In this document: positions 20,101-27,839 of the stretch, one piece after another | Numbering within the stretch: position 1 is the stretch's first letter | Layout of the letters: every line of letters starts with the position of its first letter | Source: Planctomycetota bacterium | GTDB lineage: Bacteria > Planctomycetota > UBA11346 | Assembly: GCA_038213805.1 (NCBI GenBank) | Contig: JBBQSO010000019.1 | Coordinates: forward strand, 1,114-65,113 | Length of the DNA stretch: 64,000 bases | Direction: 5' to 3' | Program-made: the position numbers and the translations under genes | The notes under the pieces: model-generated | The model's database searches: none | Told to the model about the DNA's origin: nothing | Seen by the model: only the letters and a program-made list of their open reading frames with translations

Positions 20101-20632
20101 GGACGCCGACCTCAGCGCCGCGGCGGCGAGCGCGCGCACTCCCGAAGCGGCGGGCGAAGCCAAGGCCGCGATCGCCGACGTGGTCAGCAACCGGCGCGAC
20201 ATCCAGAGCGACCTGCAGCGCCTCGACGCACTCGCCGGCACGCGCGCCGGCCGGCGCAAGGCCCTCGGACTGTGGAATGGTGTGCAGACCTGGAACGGCC
20301 GGCAGGTGCTCGCTCCCGCCCAGCTCGCCGACTACCTGACGCGCCTCGACGACGGCGACCTGCCCTGGCAGTCCGCGCAGCCCCTGGCCGGCGGCGCGGC
20401 CCTCGGCGCAGGCGAACCGGCCCCCGGCCACCGCGCCAGCGCCACCGCCAGCCTGCTCGGCATCGACCTCATCCCGCCCACGGACGGCGAGGGGCTGGTG
20501 CTGCGCGGACAGGGCAGCGATCTGCAGGTGGAGTTGGCGCTGACGCGTGAGCCGGCGGCGCGCTGGCCGTGGTTGGCGCTGGTGGGTGGTGCGCTGCTGG
20601 CGGGCGCGACGCTGCTGGTGCGACGCCGCTGA
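14171..20632 (+). CDS. Giant exported or membrane-anchored protein of unknown function (2153 aa)
   Basis: GTG 14171 overlaps the upstream stop (GTGA). Signal peptide 'MNRAAHGLALLAALLLATNATLRA'. Central hydrophobic cluster at about aa 960-1040 and a C-terminal TM 'WPWLALVGGALLAGATLLVRRR'. Last gene of the sigma/anti-sigma operon. No recognisable domains by eye. Confidence 0.45.
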   Translation: MNRAAHGLALLAALLLATNATLRAEERPTQPLVLPMVELLRQLDPQREWQFVPLADYRALVDAAHHAADAAVSAPGGAWIEQATVSGELQGDRELRCTAELTVVSVAVSATRCPLFATAPASLGAVTIDGQPALYVLGAALELVVPAPGRHHVAIAWGTRLADGDERVHRGQLVLPLAAGADVHLRATTPGGFSGSGVIEESGASPGWRITGSRGGALALSWHPGRLSGSDSAVFGVEQAVQVAVVDGPSSFHWVARLAARRGSLPTSLDLVLPAGWTMGSPGPGVVALTGPGTAADPVHLTLDAQAREIACDGFIAAAAPVGLPLVQGAAYQGGTVTLSASSPLAYTLPGGWLATPATTEGGAVVRRFALAAPDAGMRVALRPAADGLTVASTASVAIGPTAHGARLTQVLTISGAGRPRFALPLQLPAGWQLTAFAATPPGAIAELAGSDDPGTLVPGASVTVLLTPRPTNESVTLTLTLSGDTTAVPVRLAAIPSAQRLSSRLVVLAAPGLEVGITAGGWRLAERAVAFPADRADQVRAELFCTGSTPPLALAVAPRRLAATAEAVCYLLPRGPDDTWARIDLRLQVQEGELTRLRLALPVAAGAHLHAEDALFTVTTLAGAVLLEARAPWRGEHLLRIEGPLAPGEAGRLPQLTLSAGAEGADAIAVPLRQITAVQAPTDLDLAIVPGRATLPLDGDELPAWSRPIPGALLAGAWRMPAGAAPGTLTLVQRALAAVPAGFIDRASARTQVSAGGVSTWLRLRLAAPGLAELPLGLPEGSTLLAATIDGQATAVRRHGHELVLPLPGRTQVGIVLLYALPALPDADGELVQPLPRLAGLPITTCSWQVAIDDRWRVIPVAAPDALPLTMLVDGSPLRPWFATWRTPGVGSDVPPPPGLGQQAGDDARQLVAADPAPAAPGEPTLILAGQLLAGERSGDGAVLRLRLADLERLRGADRTGWALAAMCGVALFAVGWRQRLLLAAAALLTAWGLHTWQIGAGPLLALAEGLPVALLVLPLLRWLLRLATARRPRLQVALSLLMVAACSTHGAAADSVLMGYDHLDAAGVPIAVRVALTRDQLTTLWQRAHGETAAPAPVCVLATGAARYALDAGSTAVEVLLTMPVAVPGESWQEVHLPLGTGTVRSVRAERLGRVLPPAELAARSAGGVLIVACPPRSQFLLSVAFALPLHPEAATSSFALPVLPTHGGEARLRLPSGWTPSCAGGTVRAPAGNDGEWLLDLPVGVQTLAWQLRRTEAETSHELHRTLDQTLRASLAPGRVEWDITLLLGAQGGTLREARLHLPAGLVITTVSGPALAAWRQDGADLEISWSEPRTGAIAVHAQGLQPRSAAPGHAPAAWSWPGAERNTGRLDLVHASDEHFLRPDQAEIERAEPRPGAALAVRWSDHPNGLAIAWEAAVNELRVVQQGALVAGLDRLRATLITTLSGRGSCDALTLRLPAPWRLTVLPAGVTATFPESGNGPAANADRTVTLRTAEPWRAGTSVTLQLETERGGLGDTFSVPDGTPTDPALVLDRQEWLFGDAGDRRLRLEDAGRFTPLSIEALASVLAAQGVALRPGESWRSACERRSGPAPLLSLRADSTVVQVIASHYLVIGQEQVRWWARLAWRIDQGALQELRCTLPTGARLVALHAADLGSWRMEGAELIATLAAPARRAVALDLSLEVPLADAGHLMALATPAGQALSAQTVAVVEEDELGLLHLDPDGLEPIASAELAGNLPDGVDAARVQQRWRAARPGWSLGIAREAATASGGADGVATLVDVLSVIAPDGELRSRATWHVLNRTRQVLALHVPSGLALWEARVDGAVVRPRLADATARAGAADAGQELLLPVRTLRPGEATLRIELTWRQQVADTARFRPGAPLLGELRIMQTLWRFVPPPGHALTRRDGTLAEIPATHAAAQRVRRVIEDLKRLRGVGTLSDSGVQRLHAQLEVLDLELDDYLVDLKGLGGEDADLSAAAASARTPEAAGEAKAAIADVVSNRRDIQSDLQRLDALAGTRAGRRKALGLWNGVQTWNGRQVLAPAQLADYLTRLDDGDLPWQSAQPLAGGAALGAGEPAPGHRASATASLLGIDLIPPTDGEGLVLRGQGSDLQVELALTREPAARWPWLALVGGALLAGATLLVRRR

Positions 20633-20673
20633 ATGCGGCCGCGCCGGGCCGCCTCAGGATTCATCGTCCACAC

Positions 20674-22023
20674 CTACCTGCCGACCACCATCGCCCCGAG
20701 CGGCGCGACCGGTGCGTGCTCCACGCGTCCGATCGCGAACGGCGATTCACGGACGAAGATACCGGTCGGCGTCTTGTACCGCCGGTCGGTGGTACCGTCG
20801 CTGCCGAAGGTCGTCCAACCGGTTGTCGCGATGCCGGTGAAGCGCACGATGCGGCTGTTGCCGGTGTCCGCGACGTAGGTGCGGCCGGAGTGGCTGGTGT
20901 AGACTCCAACCGGCTGTGCAAACTCGCCGACGGCCGACCCCGCGGTGGGACCGCCCAGGAACTGGAAATTGGTGCCGTCGATGTCGTCCATGCGCACGAT
21001 GCGGTTGTTGCCGGTGTCTGCGACGAAGATGTGGAAGCTGCCGTCGACGCAGATCCCGCCGGGCGCGTTGAACTGGTTGATGCCGCTTCCGGAAACTCCG
21101 AAGGGCGTGAATCCGCTGCCCGAGACATCCCTGGTCATGTTGGTGATCGCCACGATGCGGTTGTTGCCGGTGTCTGCGACGTAGACCTTGGAATTGACGT
21201 CTACGAAGATGCCTGATGGCGAGCTGAACTGCAGAGTCGTCGAACCGAGCGGCGGAAACACCACCGGGTTGGTGTCGCTGACGCCGCTCATGCGCAGGAT
21301 GCGGTTGTTGCCGGTGTCGGCGATGTAGATGTTGCCGTCGGCACCGATGCACATGCCGCGCGGGTTGGATAGTTGCGGCCCGCCATTGGTGAAGGAGCTC
21401 GAAGTGGCAAAGCCCGCGACACCGCCCGAATCGTTCATCTGCACCACCCGGTTGCGCGCGGCGTCGAGGTGGAAGATGTGAAACGACGCATCGCGGCACA
21501 CTGCCACGGGCTCACTAAACAGGTCGGCACTGCCCGGGCCGCCCTTGGAGGTGGCCACCCAATTCGTCCCGACCATGTCATCGAAGAAGGACAGCCGATG
21601 GTTGGTGCCATTCGCGGTGATCTCGTTCCCAACCGCCCCATCCGCCACGTCGATGCCGATATCGGTGCCCAGCGTGACCGTCCCGGTGGCGATGGTGATG
21701 ACCAGCGTACCGCTGCCGGACTTGCCGGCGAAGGTCCCAGCCGTCACCGTGACCGTGGTCGTTCCGGCCGCGGTCGGCGTCCCCGAGATCACCCCGGTCG
21801 TGGGGGCGATCGCCAGACCAGCCGGCAGGGGGGTGGCGGGATCGACGCCAAACGCCGAGGGGCTGTTGGTGGCCGTCACCGTGAAGGTGAACGGAACCCC
21901 CACCTGCCCGGTGGCCGTACTGGCACTGGTGATGACCGGGTTGTCTTTCTTCGTGCAGCCGACCTGCAGCAGCAGGGCGAGCAGGCAACCGAGGAAGACA
22001 AGCTGGGCGCGGAGGGTGATCAT
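20674..22023 (-). CDS. NHL-repeat beta-propeller lipoprotein with an N-terminal Thr/Ala-rich Ig-like region
   Basis: Lipobox 'LLQVGC'. At least four 'Y(I/V)ADTGNNRI(V/L)R' NHL repeats. 449 aa. Confidence 0.75.
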   Translation of the reverse strand: MITLRAQLVFLGCLLALLLQVGCTKKDNPVITSASTATGQVGVPFTFTVTATNSPSAFGVDPATPLPAGLAIAPTTGVISGTPTAAGTTTVTVTAGTFAGKSGSGTLVITIATGTVTLGTDIGIDVADGAVGNEITANGTNHRLSFFDDMVGTNWVATSKGGPGSADLFSEPVAVCRDASFHIFHLDAARNRVVQMNDSGGVAGFATSSSFTNGGPQLSNPRGMCIGADGNIYIADTGNNRILRMSGVSDTNPVVFPPLGSTTLQFSSPSGIFVDVNSKVYVADTGNNRIVAITNMTRDVSGSGFTPFGVSGSGINQFNAPGGICVDGSFHIFVADTGNNRIVRMDDIDGTNFQFLGGPTAGSAVGEFAQPVGVYTSHSGRTYVADTGNSRIVRFTGIATTGWTTFGSDGTTDRRYKTPTGIFVRESPFAIGRVEHAPVAPLGAMVVGR

Positions 22024-22385
22024 GATCGCAGTCTAACGTGGTCCTAGGGGGTTGGCCATGGGGCGGCGAGGGGGGCGGCGGAGGCGAGCGGCACGCGCTG
22101 ATGCTGCTCCAACCGGCCGATCATGCCGCACCACAAAGCAAGGCACGGCAAGCCGTAACGCAGGTGCATCCGGATCCCCGATTCTCGACGCGTTCCGCCA
22201 CTGCGACTGACACGCAACATCCACCTCCATCATGCCGGCGTCCGCGCCGACCAACGCATCGGCCCTCTGCCCGCGGGGCGCACCCCGGTCTGGACGCGGC
22301 CGGCCTGGCTTCCATAAACGAGCCACCGCGCACCTGGCGGAATGGCGCACAGCGAGGCCTCGCAGCCCCGGCCGCGCCCACGGAA

Positions 22386-22461
22386 GGGCCTGTAGCTCAA
22401 CGGTTAGAGCAGGCGACTCATAATCGCTCGGTTCTGGGTTCAAATCCCGGCAGGCCCACCA
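22386..22461 (+). tRNA. tRNA with CAU anticodon, most likely tRNA-Ile2 (lysidine, ileX-like); elongator tRNA-Met is the alternative
   Basis: Cloverleaf folds: 7-bp acceptor GGGCCTG/CAGGCCC, anticodon loop CTCATAA, encoded CCA. The D-arm and anticodon arm are near-identical to E. coli ileX. C4:G69 and C5:G68 acceptor pairs are TilS identity elements. It lacks initiator features. Confidence 0.8.
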
Positions 22462-22602
22462 ATCTTCCGCTTCGCAATGCCTCAGATCGCCACATCTCAG
22501 GGCCGGTGCGGTCGCCGGGACTGCACGCTTCCCAAACGCAGCACGCGCCACCTTTACGCCTCCTCTGCCCTTCGTCTGGAACGCTCCCGCAACCATGGCG
22601 TC

Positions 22603-23124
22603 ATGCGTTCCTGCGCGTACGCTCCCTCAACCATGCTCCGACTCCTGCTCCTGCTCGTCTGGGTCGCCAGCGCAAACGCGCAAGAAGCGGACAATTCCAG
22701 TCCAACGATCCTGGCCCAGCTCCAGTCCCTGATCCCCGCCGGCTGGGATGCGCCGCCCGCGGTGATTCCCACCGACCAGGACGGCTGGCCGTTGCTGGAG
22801 GAGGTGGGCGGCGTGTTCCCGTGGCTTTCGGCCGACGACCCGCGCGCGCGGCTATTGGGGGAGTTCTCCCGCCATGCAGGGCGGACGAGCGATGACGAGG
22901 CGCAGATCATAGGTGCCTGGCTGAACGAACAGGACTGGCGCCTTCGCCAGATCCGCGCCGCCGTCGCCAAGCCGGGATTCAACCGCCCGATCGACGATAG
23001 GGGGGCAGACGATCCGCACCTGCGCGTGAGCGCTAACGCTGGCGGCCTGCTGCTGATCAGCGCGGATTACCACAACCTTCGCCACGAGGACGCCGCCGCG
23101 TGGTCCGATGCCGGGTGCTGCTGA
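22603..23124 (+). CDS. Hypothetical secreted protein
   Basis: Signal peptide 'MLRLLLLLVWVASANAQ'. No recognisable domain. Start chosen at the first ATG preceding the signal peptide. Confidence 0.3.
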   Translation: MRSCAYAPSTMLRLLLLLVWVASANAQEADNSSPTILAQLQSLIPAGWDAPPAVIPTDQDGWPLLEEVGGVFPWLSADDPRARLLGEFSRHAGRTSDDEAQIIGAWLNEQDWRLRQIRAAVAKPGFNRPIDDRGADDPHLRVSANAGGLLLISADYHNLRHEDAAAWSDAGCC

Positions 23125-24110
23125 CGCTGTCCGAACGCCTGGCCGTTTCCGCGCGCACCGCCGGCGATGATGTCCAGGCTGCGAACCTGGGCATCGCCGC
23201 CTGCGTTCTGATGAGCCATCTGGCGACCGTGCGCCCCAACGCGCAGCACATCGTCGCCGCGTGCCAAGCGCTCGGTCCCGACCGCGCCGTCGCGATGGGC
23301 CGGATGGTCCAGCGTCTGACCGCATCCACCGCGGCGCTGCGTACGATCGCCGACCTGCCCGAGGACGGCGATGCCATGGCGACCACGCTCGCCGACAGGT
23401 GCGTCTTCGATCGGCTCGCCGTCGCCGGCCGCCTCGTCACACCCAATGATGCCCAGCGCTTCACCCGCGAGGCGGCGGCCGCCAAGCGCGACCACCCCGA
23501 GATCATGCTGCTCGCCGGTCACGCGCAGGTCCTCGACCGCGCCTCGACCATCCGCGAGCGCGTCGAACTGGCCAAGGCGCTGGCTGCCCAACCCGACCCG
23601 GCGACTTGGGTCGAGATCAAGGCCCTCTTCATGCAGTCAGACATTCCTAACTGGCGGCAGCACGTCGGCCTGGCGATCAGGATCTTCGATGATCTTGCAG
23701 CCGCTCACCACGTTGCCCCCGAGGACCACGAACGCCTCATCTCCGACACCACCCAGCTCGTGGAAGCAGACGCCAATCCGATAGGGATGGTCCTGAACGC
23801 AAAATGGGCAGACGACGAACTCCAGACCGGGTTGATCCTCGCCTTCCGGCTCGAGGCCTGCCGCCGCCTGACCAGACTTGCCTTCGCCATCGCCCTGATC
23901 CGCTCGCGCAACAGCGGAGCCTGGCCTGAGACCGACGACGACATCCGCATCCCGGGTCTGCTCGACGCCATCCCCATAGATCCATTCGCTGGATTGCCCC
24001 TTCATTACGATCGCAATTCCCGCGCTATCTGGTCGACAGGCCCAGATCTCACCGATGACCACGCCCACCACACCCGGGATGTGGTCATGTCTTTGCAAGC
24101 CTGGCCTTGA
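23100..24110 (+). CDS. Hypothetical protein
   Basis: 336-aa ORF with coding-like codon usage. Overlaps the previous ORF by 24 nt in another frame. No recognisable motifs. Confidence 0.3.
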   Translation: MVRCRVLLTLSERLAVSARTAGDDVQAANLGIAACVLMSHLATVRPNAQHIVAACQALGPDRAVAMGRMVQRLTASTAALRTIADLPEDGDAMATTLADRCVFDRLAVAGRLVTPNDAQRFTREAAAAKRDHPEIMLLAGHAQVLDRASTIRERVELAKALAAQPDPATWVEIKALFMQSDIPNWRQHVGLAIRIFDDLAAAHHVAPEDHERLISDTTQLVEADANPIGMVLNAKWADDELQTGLILAFRLEACRRLTRLAFAIALIRSRNSGAWPETDDDIRIPGLLDAIPIDPFAGLPLHYDRNSRAIWSTGPDLTDDHAHHTRDVVMSLQAWP

Positions 24111-24762
24111 GCTGAGCAGTTCGGATCCACGGATCTCGCCAGCCTATCCAGTGGAGGGGTCATTTAATGCGGTCCCATAATCGTATCCCTGCGATGTGGT
24201 GGGCGCCTCGTATCCAGCCATAGAGCGCACCGTGCCGCCCCGCGACGCGCCTTCGCGATTTTTCGCTCAACCGTCGCCTTTCCAGCCAGTTCACATCCAT
24301 CACTTATAATGTCCGATAATATATATTATGTAAGATTTATATATACCCAAGATGCCAATTTAAAAGCCCTTACGACGATTGTGGAGTTCGTGACTAGGGT
24401 TGGCGCGTTGGAACCCTGTGGCTCCAGCCGTCGTTGCATGCCCATGCGTCGTGGACGGCGGGCAGTGACGAGTAGTCGCTCACCTGAGCGCCGTGTCGTC
24501 GGCGAGCGTCAGGCCTGCCGCTTGAAGCGAACAAAACTGGGCGACGGGTGATGCGTATGCTCCGTGCTCGATCTCAGGAGCGGCGCTGCCCTAAAAATCA
24601 ATCGCGACCATGCAGCATGGGCGAGGAGGCACCGTAGTGAATTGCGACAAGTCCAATCACGTTGTCGGGGCGGCGGTCATCCAGCAGGCAGCCACATTCC
24701 GCTGGGTCTCGTGTACTGCAGCACGCCAGCTGGGTGCAACGGATCTTGCAGCGAAAAGGGGT

Positions 24763-25242
24763 CTAACGCGCCGCTCCCGAATACCCCAGTACGATGACCC
24801 GCGGCGCCTTGACGTCCTGACCTGCTGGGATCGCGTTCGCCTGCCGGATCCAGGCCGGATCCAGGCCGCTGCGCTGCGCGATGGTGGCGATGCTGTCCCC
24901 CGGCTTGAGGCTGTACCAATAGAGCTTGGTCGGAATTTTGATGTGGGATCCCGGCACGATGTCATCGCGATCGCCGATGATGGCATCGCCCTTGTCGGAG
25001 CGGTCCGGTACCCAGATGAAATGTCCAGGACGGACGTCCTCCCCATCGAGGACGCGCATGCATTCCTGGTAGTCGCTGGCGGTCACGCCGAAGCGCTTGG
25101 AGATTGATGCCCGCGTATCGCCATCGCGGACCAGGTAGCCGGACAGCGGCGTGCTCAGCAGGCCATCGTCACGGGATGCGGAGTCGTCGCGGGCACAAGC
25201 GGCGGCGATGATCACCAACGCAAGTAGGGAGATGAGTCGCAT
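24763..25242 (-). CDS. LysM-domain lipoprotein (two LysM-like repeats)
   Basis: Start 'MRLISLLALVIIAAAC' with lipobox. 'GYLVRDGDTRASISKRFGVTASDY' and 'YSLKPGDSIATIAQRSGLDPAWIRQANAI' are LysM signatures. The longer ORF in the track is an upstream read-through. Confidence 0.6.
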   Translation of the reverse strand: MRLISLLALVIIAAACARDDSASRDDGLLSTPLSGYLVRDGDTRASISKRFGVTASDYQECMRVLDGEDVRPGHFIWVPDRSDKGDAIIGDRDDIVPGSHIKIPTKLYWYSLKPGDSIATIAQRSGLDPAWIRQANAIPAGQDVKAPRVIVLGYSGAAR

Positions 25243-25403
25243 GGTACTAGAGTGTGCGTTTATCCGTGCCGGCAAGCGCCGGGGCGATGCAAGTGGATGG
25301 CCGCCAGATGCAAGTGGATGGCCGCCAGCGGCGCACCGGCCCCAAGAGGTTGGGATTCCGATGACCATGTACACCTCGCTGCGGGCGCGTCGTGCAGAGC
25401 GAC

Positions 25404-25844
25404 TCAGCGCGCCCCTTCCGCCTCCGCCGTGCTCGCCGGCAGAAAGCGCCACAACGAACGGATCCAGCGCACCAGGTCGGCCCGGTTGGTGGGTTTTACC
25501 ATGAAATCGCTGATGCCCCAGCTCTCGCACGTGGCCTGATCCTCGCTGCGTTGCGAGCCGGTGAGCACCGCGATCGGGATGTCGCGCGGCGAGTACGCGG
25601 CACGAATGATGCGAAGGAAGGACGCGCCCGAGATGCCGGGAAGCCCGAGATCGAGCACGATCAAACTGGGCAGGCGCGCCCCGGTCAGCGTCGGGTCGCG
25701 CTGGTTGGAGAGGTAGTGCACTGCCTCGGTCGCGGTGGCGGCGGTAATCAGCGACGCCTGGAGCCGGCTCGCGGCCAGGGCGTCGGCGAACATGGTGCGA
25801 TCGTCGAGGCGGTCTTCGATAAGCAGGATGACGGGCAGCAGCAT
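25404..25844 (-). CDS. Single-domain response regulator (CheY-like receiver)
   Basis: 'ILLIEDRLDD...LIVLDLGLPGISG...KPT' gives the acidic pocket, phospho-acceptor Asp, conserved Thr/Ser and Lys positions. 146 aa. No cognate kinase nearby. Confidence 0.75.
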   Translation of the reverse strand: MLLPVILLIEDRLDDRTMFADALAASRLQASLITAATATEAVHYLSNQRDPTLTGARLPSLIVLDLGLPGISGASFLRIIRAAYSPRDIPIAVLTGSQRSEDQATCESWGISDFMVKPTNRADLVRWIRSLWRFLPASTAEAEGAR

Positions 25845-26111
25845 GGTTCACCTCAATCGGGTGGTGGCGTGCATGCGCGTCGGATTAAGTCCTGCTCTCA
25901 GCAAGTCCAGCGCCCGTACGAGATTGTTGGGCACACTTTTCTCAGGGAGACGACCGGCGAGGATCACGAGGAGAAAAGCGGCCGCAGGAGGGACGATGCT
26001 GGGCAGACCGAAGCCGATACAGCCACCGTCATCAGTGGGGTGACTTCACCCGACCCCCCTCGCTACACGTCCTTCCGCCCCCCGCCATCACCGTCCACTC
26101 CACCTCTTCGT

Positions 26112-26912
26112 TCACCCAGGCTTCGCGAGCATCCTCGCCAGGTTCGCGCGTTCCCACGCCAGGGCTTCATCCAGGCGCGGGAACCCGCGTTCCCAGCCGC
26201 GGAAGCGCGCGCTATGCGGAGGTTCGCCGCGCAGCGGCGCGCAGTGCTGGGCGTGATGGCACAGTTCGTGGTGGAGGACGTGCTCGACGAAGACCCGGCT
26301 GACCCACGGCTGGTCGAGCCGTGGGTTGATCAGGATCAGTGGTTGCGGGCGGCGTCGGTAGCTGCCAAAGCGGATGTGCGAGAGCGCGCGCCGGGCACTG
26401 GCGCGCGCCCATGCGATCGCTGGGCGCGGAAGGTGCGCGAACCAGCTGCCGTGGACGTGGTCGAAGAGCCCGGTCAGGTCGAGCGGGCCGTCGAGCGGCT
26501 CGAGCGCGAAGGGCTGCAGGGCGGCCACCACGGGATCGGCCAGGCGCTGCCCCGCCCACACCACCTGCATCGCTGCCGTCAGCCCGGGGCAGCGCGCGCG
26601 CCCATTACGAGCGACCCACTCCGGCAGTTCGGCGAGCGCGGCGGGATGGTCGAGCATGCCGACGTGCAGGCTGACCACGCTCCCGCCTGCGCGGCCGCGC
26701 AGGCTGAGCATGGTGCTGCGGTTTCGGTTCAGGCGCAGGCGGCTGCCCGGCACGCGGGCACAGAGCGCGGCGGCGAGCCCGAGCATGGCGGCGGTGCGCT
26801 GCCCATCGCCGGCGACCAGGCGGCGCCCGCCGATCGCCGCTGGCGCGACGGTCGCCGGGAACGCCAGCGGCGCGCGGCGCAGCCAGCCCAACAGGTCGCC
26901 TGCGGTGCTCAT
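26112..26912 (-). CDS. DUF45/YgjP-family metal-dependent hydrolase (HExxH)
   Basis: 'RFGSYRRRP...VFVEHVLHHELCHHAQH...HSARFRGWE' matches the YgjP pattern (RWGSC..., HELaHL..., HS..FW). Confidence 0.55.
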   Translation of the reverse strand: MSTAGDLLGWLRRAPLAFPATVAPAAIGGRRLVAGDGQRTAAMLGLAAALCARVPGSRLRLNRNRSTMLSLRGRAGGSVVSLHVGMLDHPAALAELPEWVARNGRARCPGLTAAMQVVWAGQRLADPVVAALQPFALEPLDGPLDLTGLFDHVHGSWFAHLPRPAIAWARASARRALSHIRFGSYRRRPQPLILINPRLDQPWVSRVFVEHVLHHELCHHAQHCAPLRGEPPHSARFRGWERGFPRLDEALAWERANLARMLAKPG

Positions 26913-26919
26913 GCCCCCC

Positions 26920-27600
26920 TCACGCGAACAGCCGCGTCCCGACGCGGATGTCGGTGGCACCCTCCGCGATGGCGAGGCGAAAATCCTGCGACATGCCCAT
27001 GCTCAGGCGCGCCAGACCGAGTTCGCCCGCGAGGACGCGCAGGGCAGCGAATGCGGCGCGGATCTCCCCCTCCGCAACCCCCTCTGGTGCCATCGTCATC
27101 AAGCCCACCGGGTCGAGCGCGGACTCGGCGCGCACCGCGGCGACGAAGCCCGCAACCTCGCCTGGAGCCAGGCCGGCCTTGCTGACCTCGCCCGCGGTAT
27201 TGACCTGGATGAACACCGGCAGGCGCCGGCCGTGCGCGGTGCAGGCGCGGGCCAAACGCCCGATGTGGTCCGTTGCGCACAGGCTGTGCAGCACTGCACA
27301 GTCAGCGGCGACGCCGGCAAGTTGGCGGCCCTGGACGCGACCGATGGCGTGGAAGCGGGCGCCCAGCGGCGCGTGCAGAAGCATCTCTGCAAGATGCTCC
27401 AGGCGGTTCTCGCCAAAGTCGGCGATGCCGGCGGCGGCGAGTGCGGCCAGCACCTCGGGCCCCTGACTCTTGGTCACCGCGATCAGCCGCACCGAGGCCG
27501 CATCGCGGCCAGAGTGCACGCAGGCCGCAGCGATCTCGCTGCGCACCGCGGCGACGTTGGCCACGATGCGCGCGACAAGGTCCGGGGGGCAGGCCAGCAT
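26920..27600 (-). CDS. yggS: YggS-family pyridoxal-phosphate homeostasis protein
   Basis: 226 aa. 'RLIAVTKSQ' PLP-lysine motif and 'DFGENRLEHL'. Overall length and C-terminal 'VGTRLF' are typical. Confidence 0.8.
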   Translation of the reverse strand: MLACPPDLVARIVANVAAVRSEIAAACVHSGRDAASVRLIAVTKSQGPEVLAALAAAGIADFGENRLEHLAEMLLHAPLGARFHAIGRVQGRQLAGVAADCAVLHSLCATDHIGRLARACTAHGRRLPVFIQVNTAGEVSKAGLAPGEVAGFVAAVRAESALDPVGLMTMAPEGVAEGEIRAAFAALRVLAGELGLARLSMGMSQDFRLAIAEGATDIRVGTRLFA

Positions 27601-27692
27601 GGTACGACGTTCAGGGGCTTAGGAGGCAATGCAATGCCTCCGCATCCGGGGATTCCGCGCGTAGCCGGAACGGGCTCGGGAGGGTCGGGGAC

Positions 27693-27835
27693 GCTGATGG
27701 CTGATGGCTGATGGCTCCGTATCCGTCGTGGATCGCTCTGGTCTGCAACGCAGACCTTGTCATCACTATCCTGATGCCGGCGCACCGCGCCGGCTTCAGG
27801 ATCAGCCATCAGCCATCAGCCATCAGCCATCAGCC
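27693..27835. repeat. Heptamer-bounded element 2: (GCTGATG)x3 - 84-bp spacer with hairpin - (CAGCCAT)x5
   Basis: Direct reading. Arms at 27693-27716 and 27801-27835. The spacer palindrome is gtctgcaacgcagac. The element abuts the stop of the HEAT-repeat gene. Confidence 0.85.
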
Positions 27836-27839
27836 CCCC

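Noticed and set aside
22477-24110. Possibility that 22603-23124 and 23100-24110 are one frameshifted gene or a prophage remnant
   Set aside because: There is no integrase or phage-like motif, and the two ORFs have no homology-like continuity that I can see. They are left as two low-confidence hypotheticals.
24309-24551. 80-aa ORF starting in the AT-rich islet
   Set aside because: It begins in low-complexity AT-rich DNA and has no RBS or motif. It is more likely a non-coding regulatory or boundary sequence.
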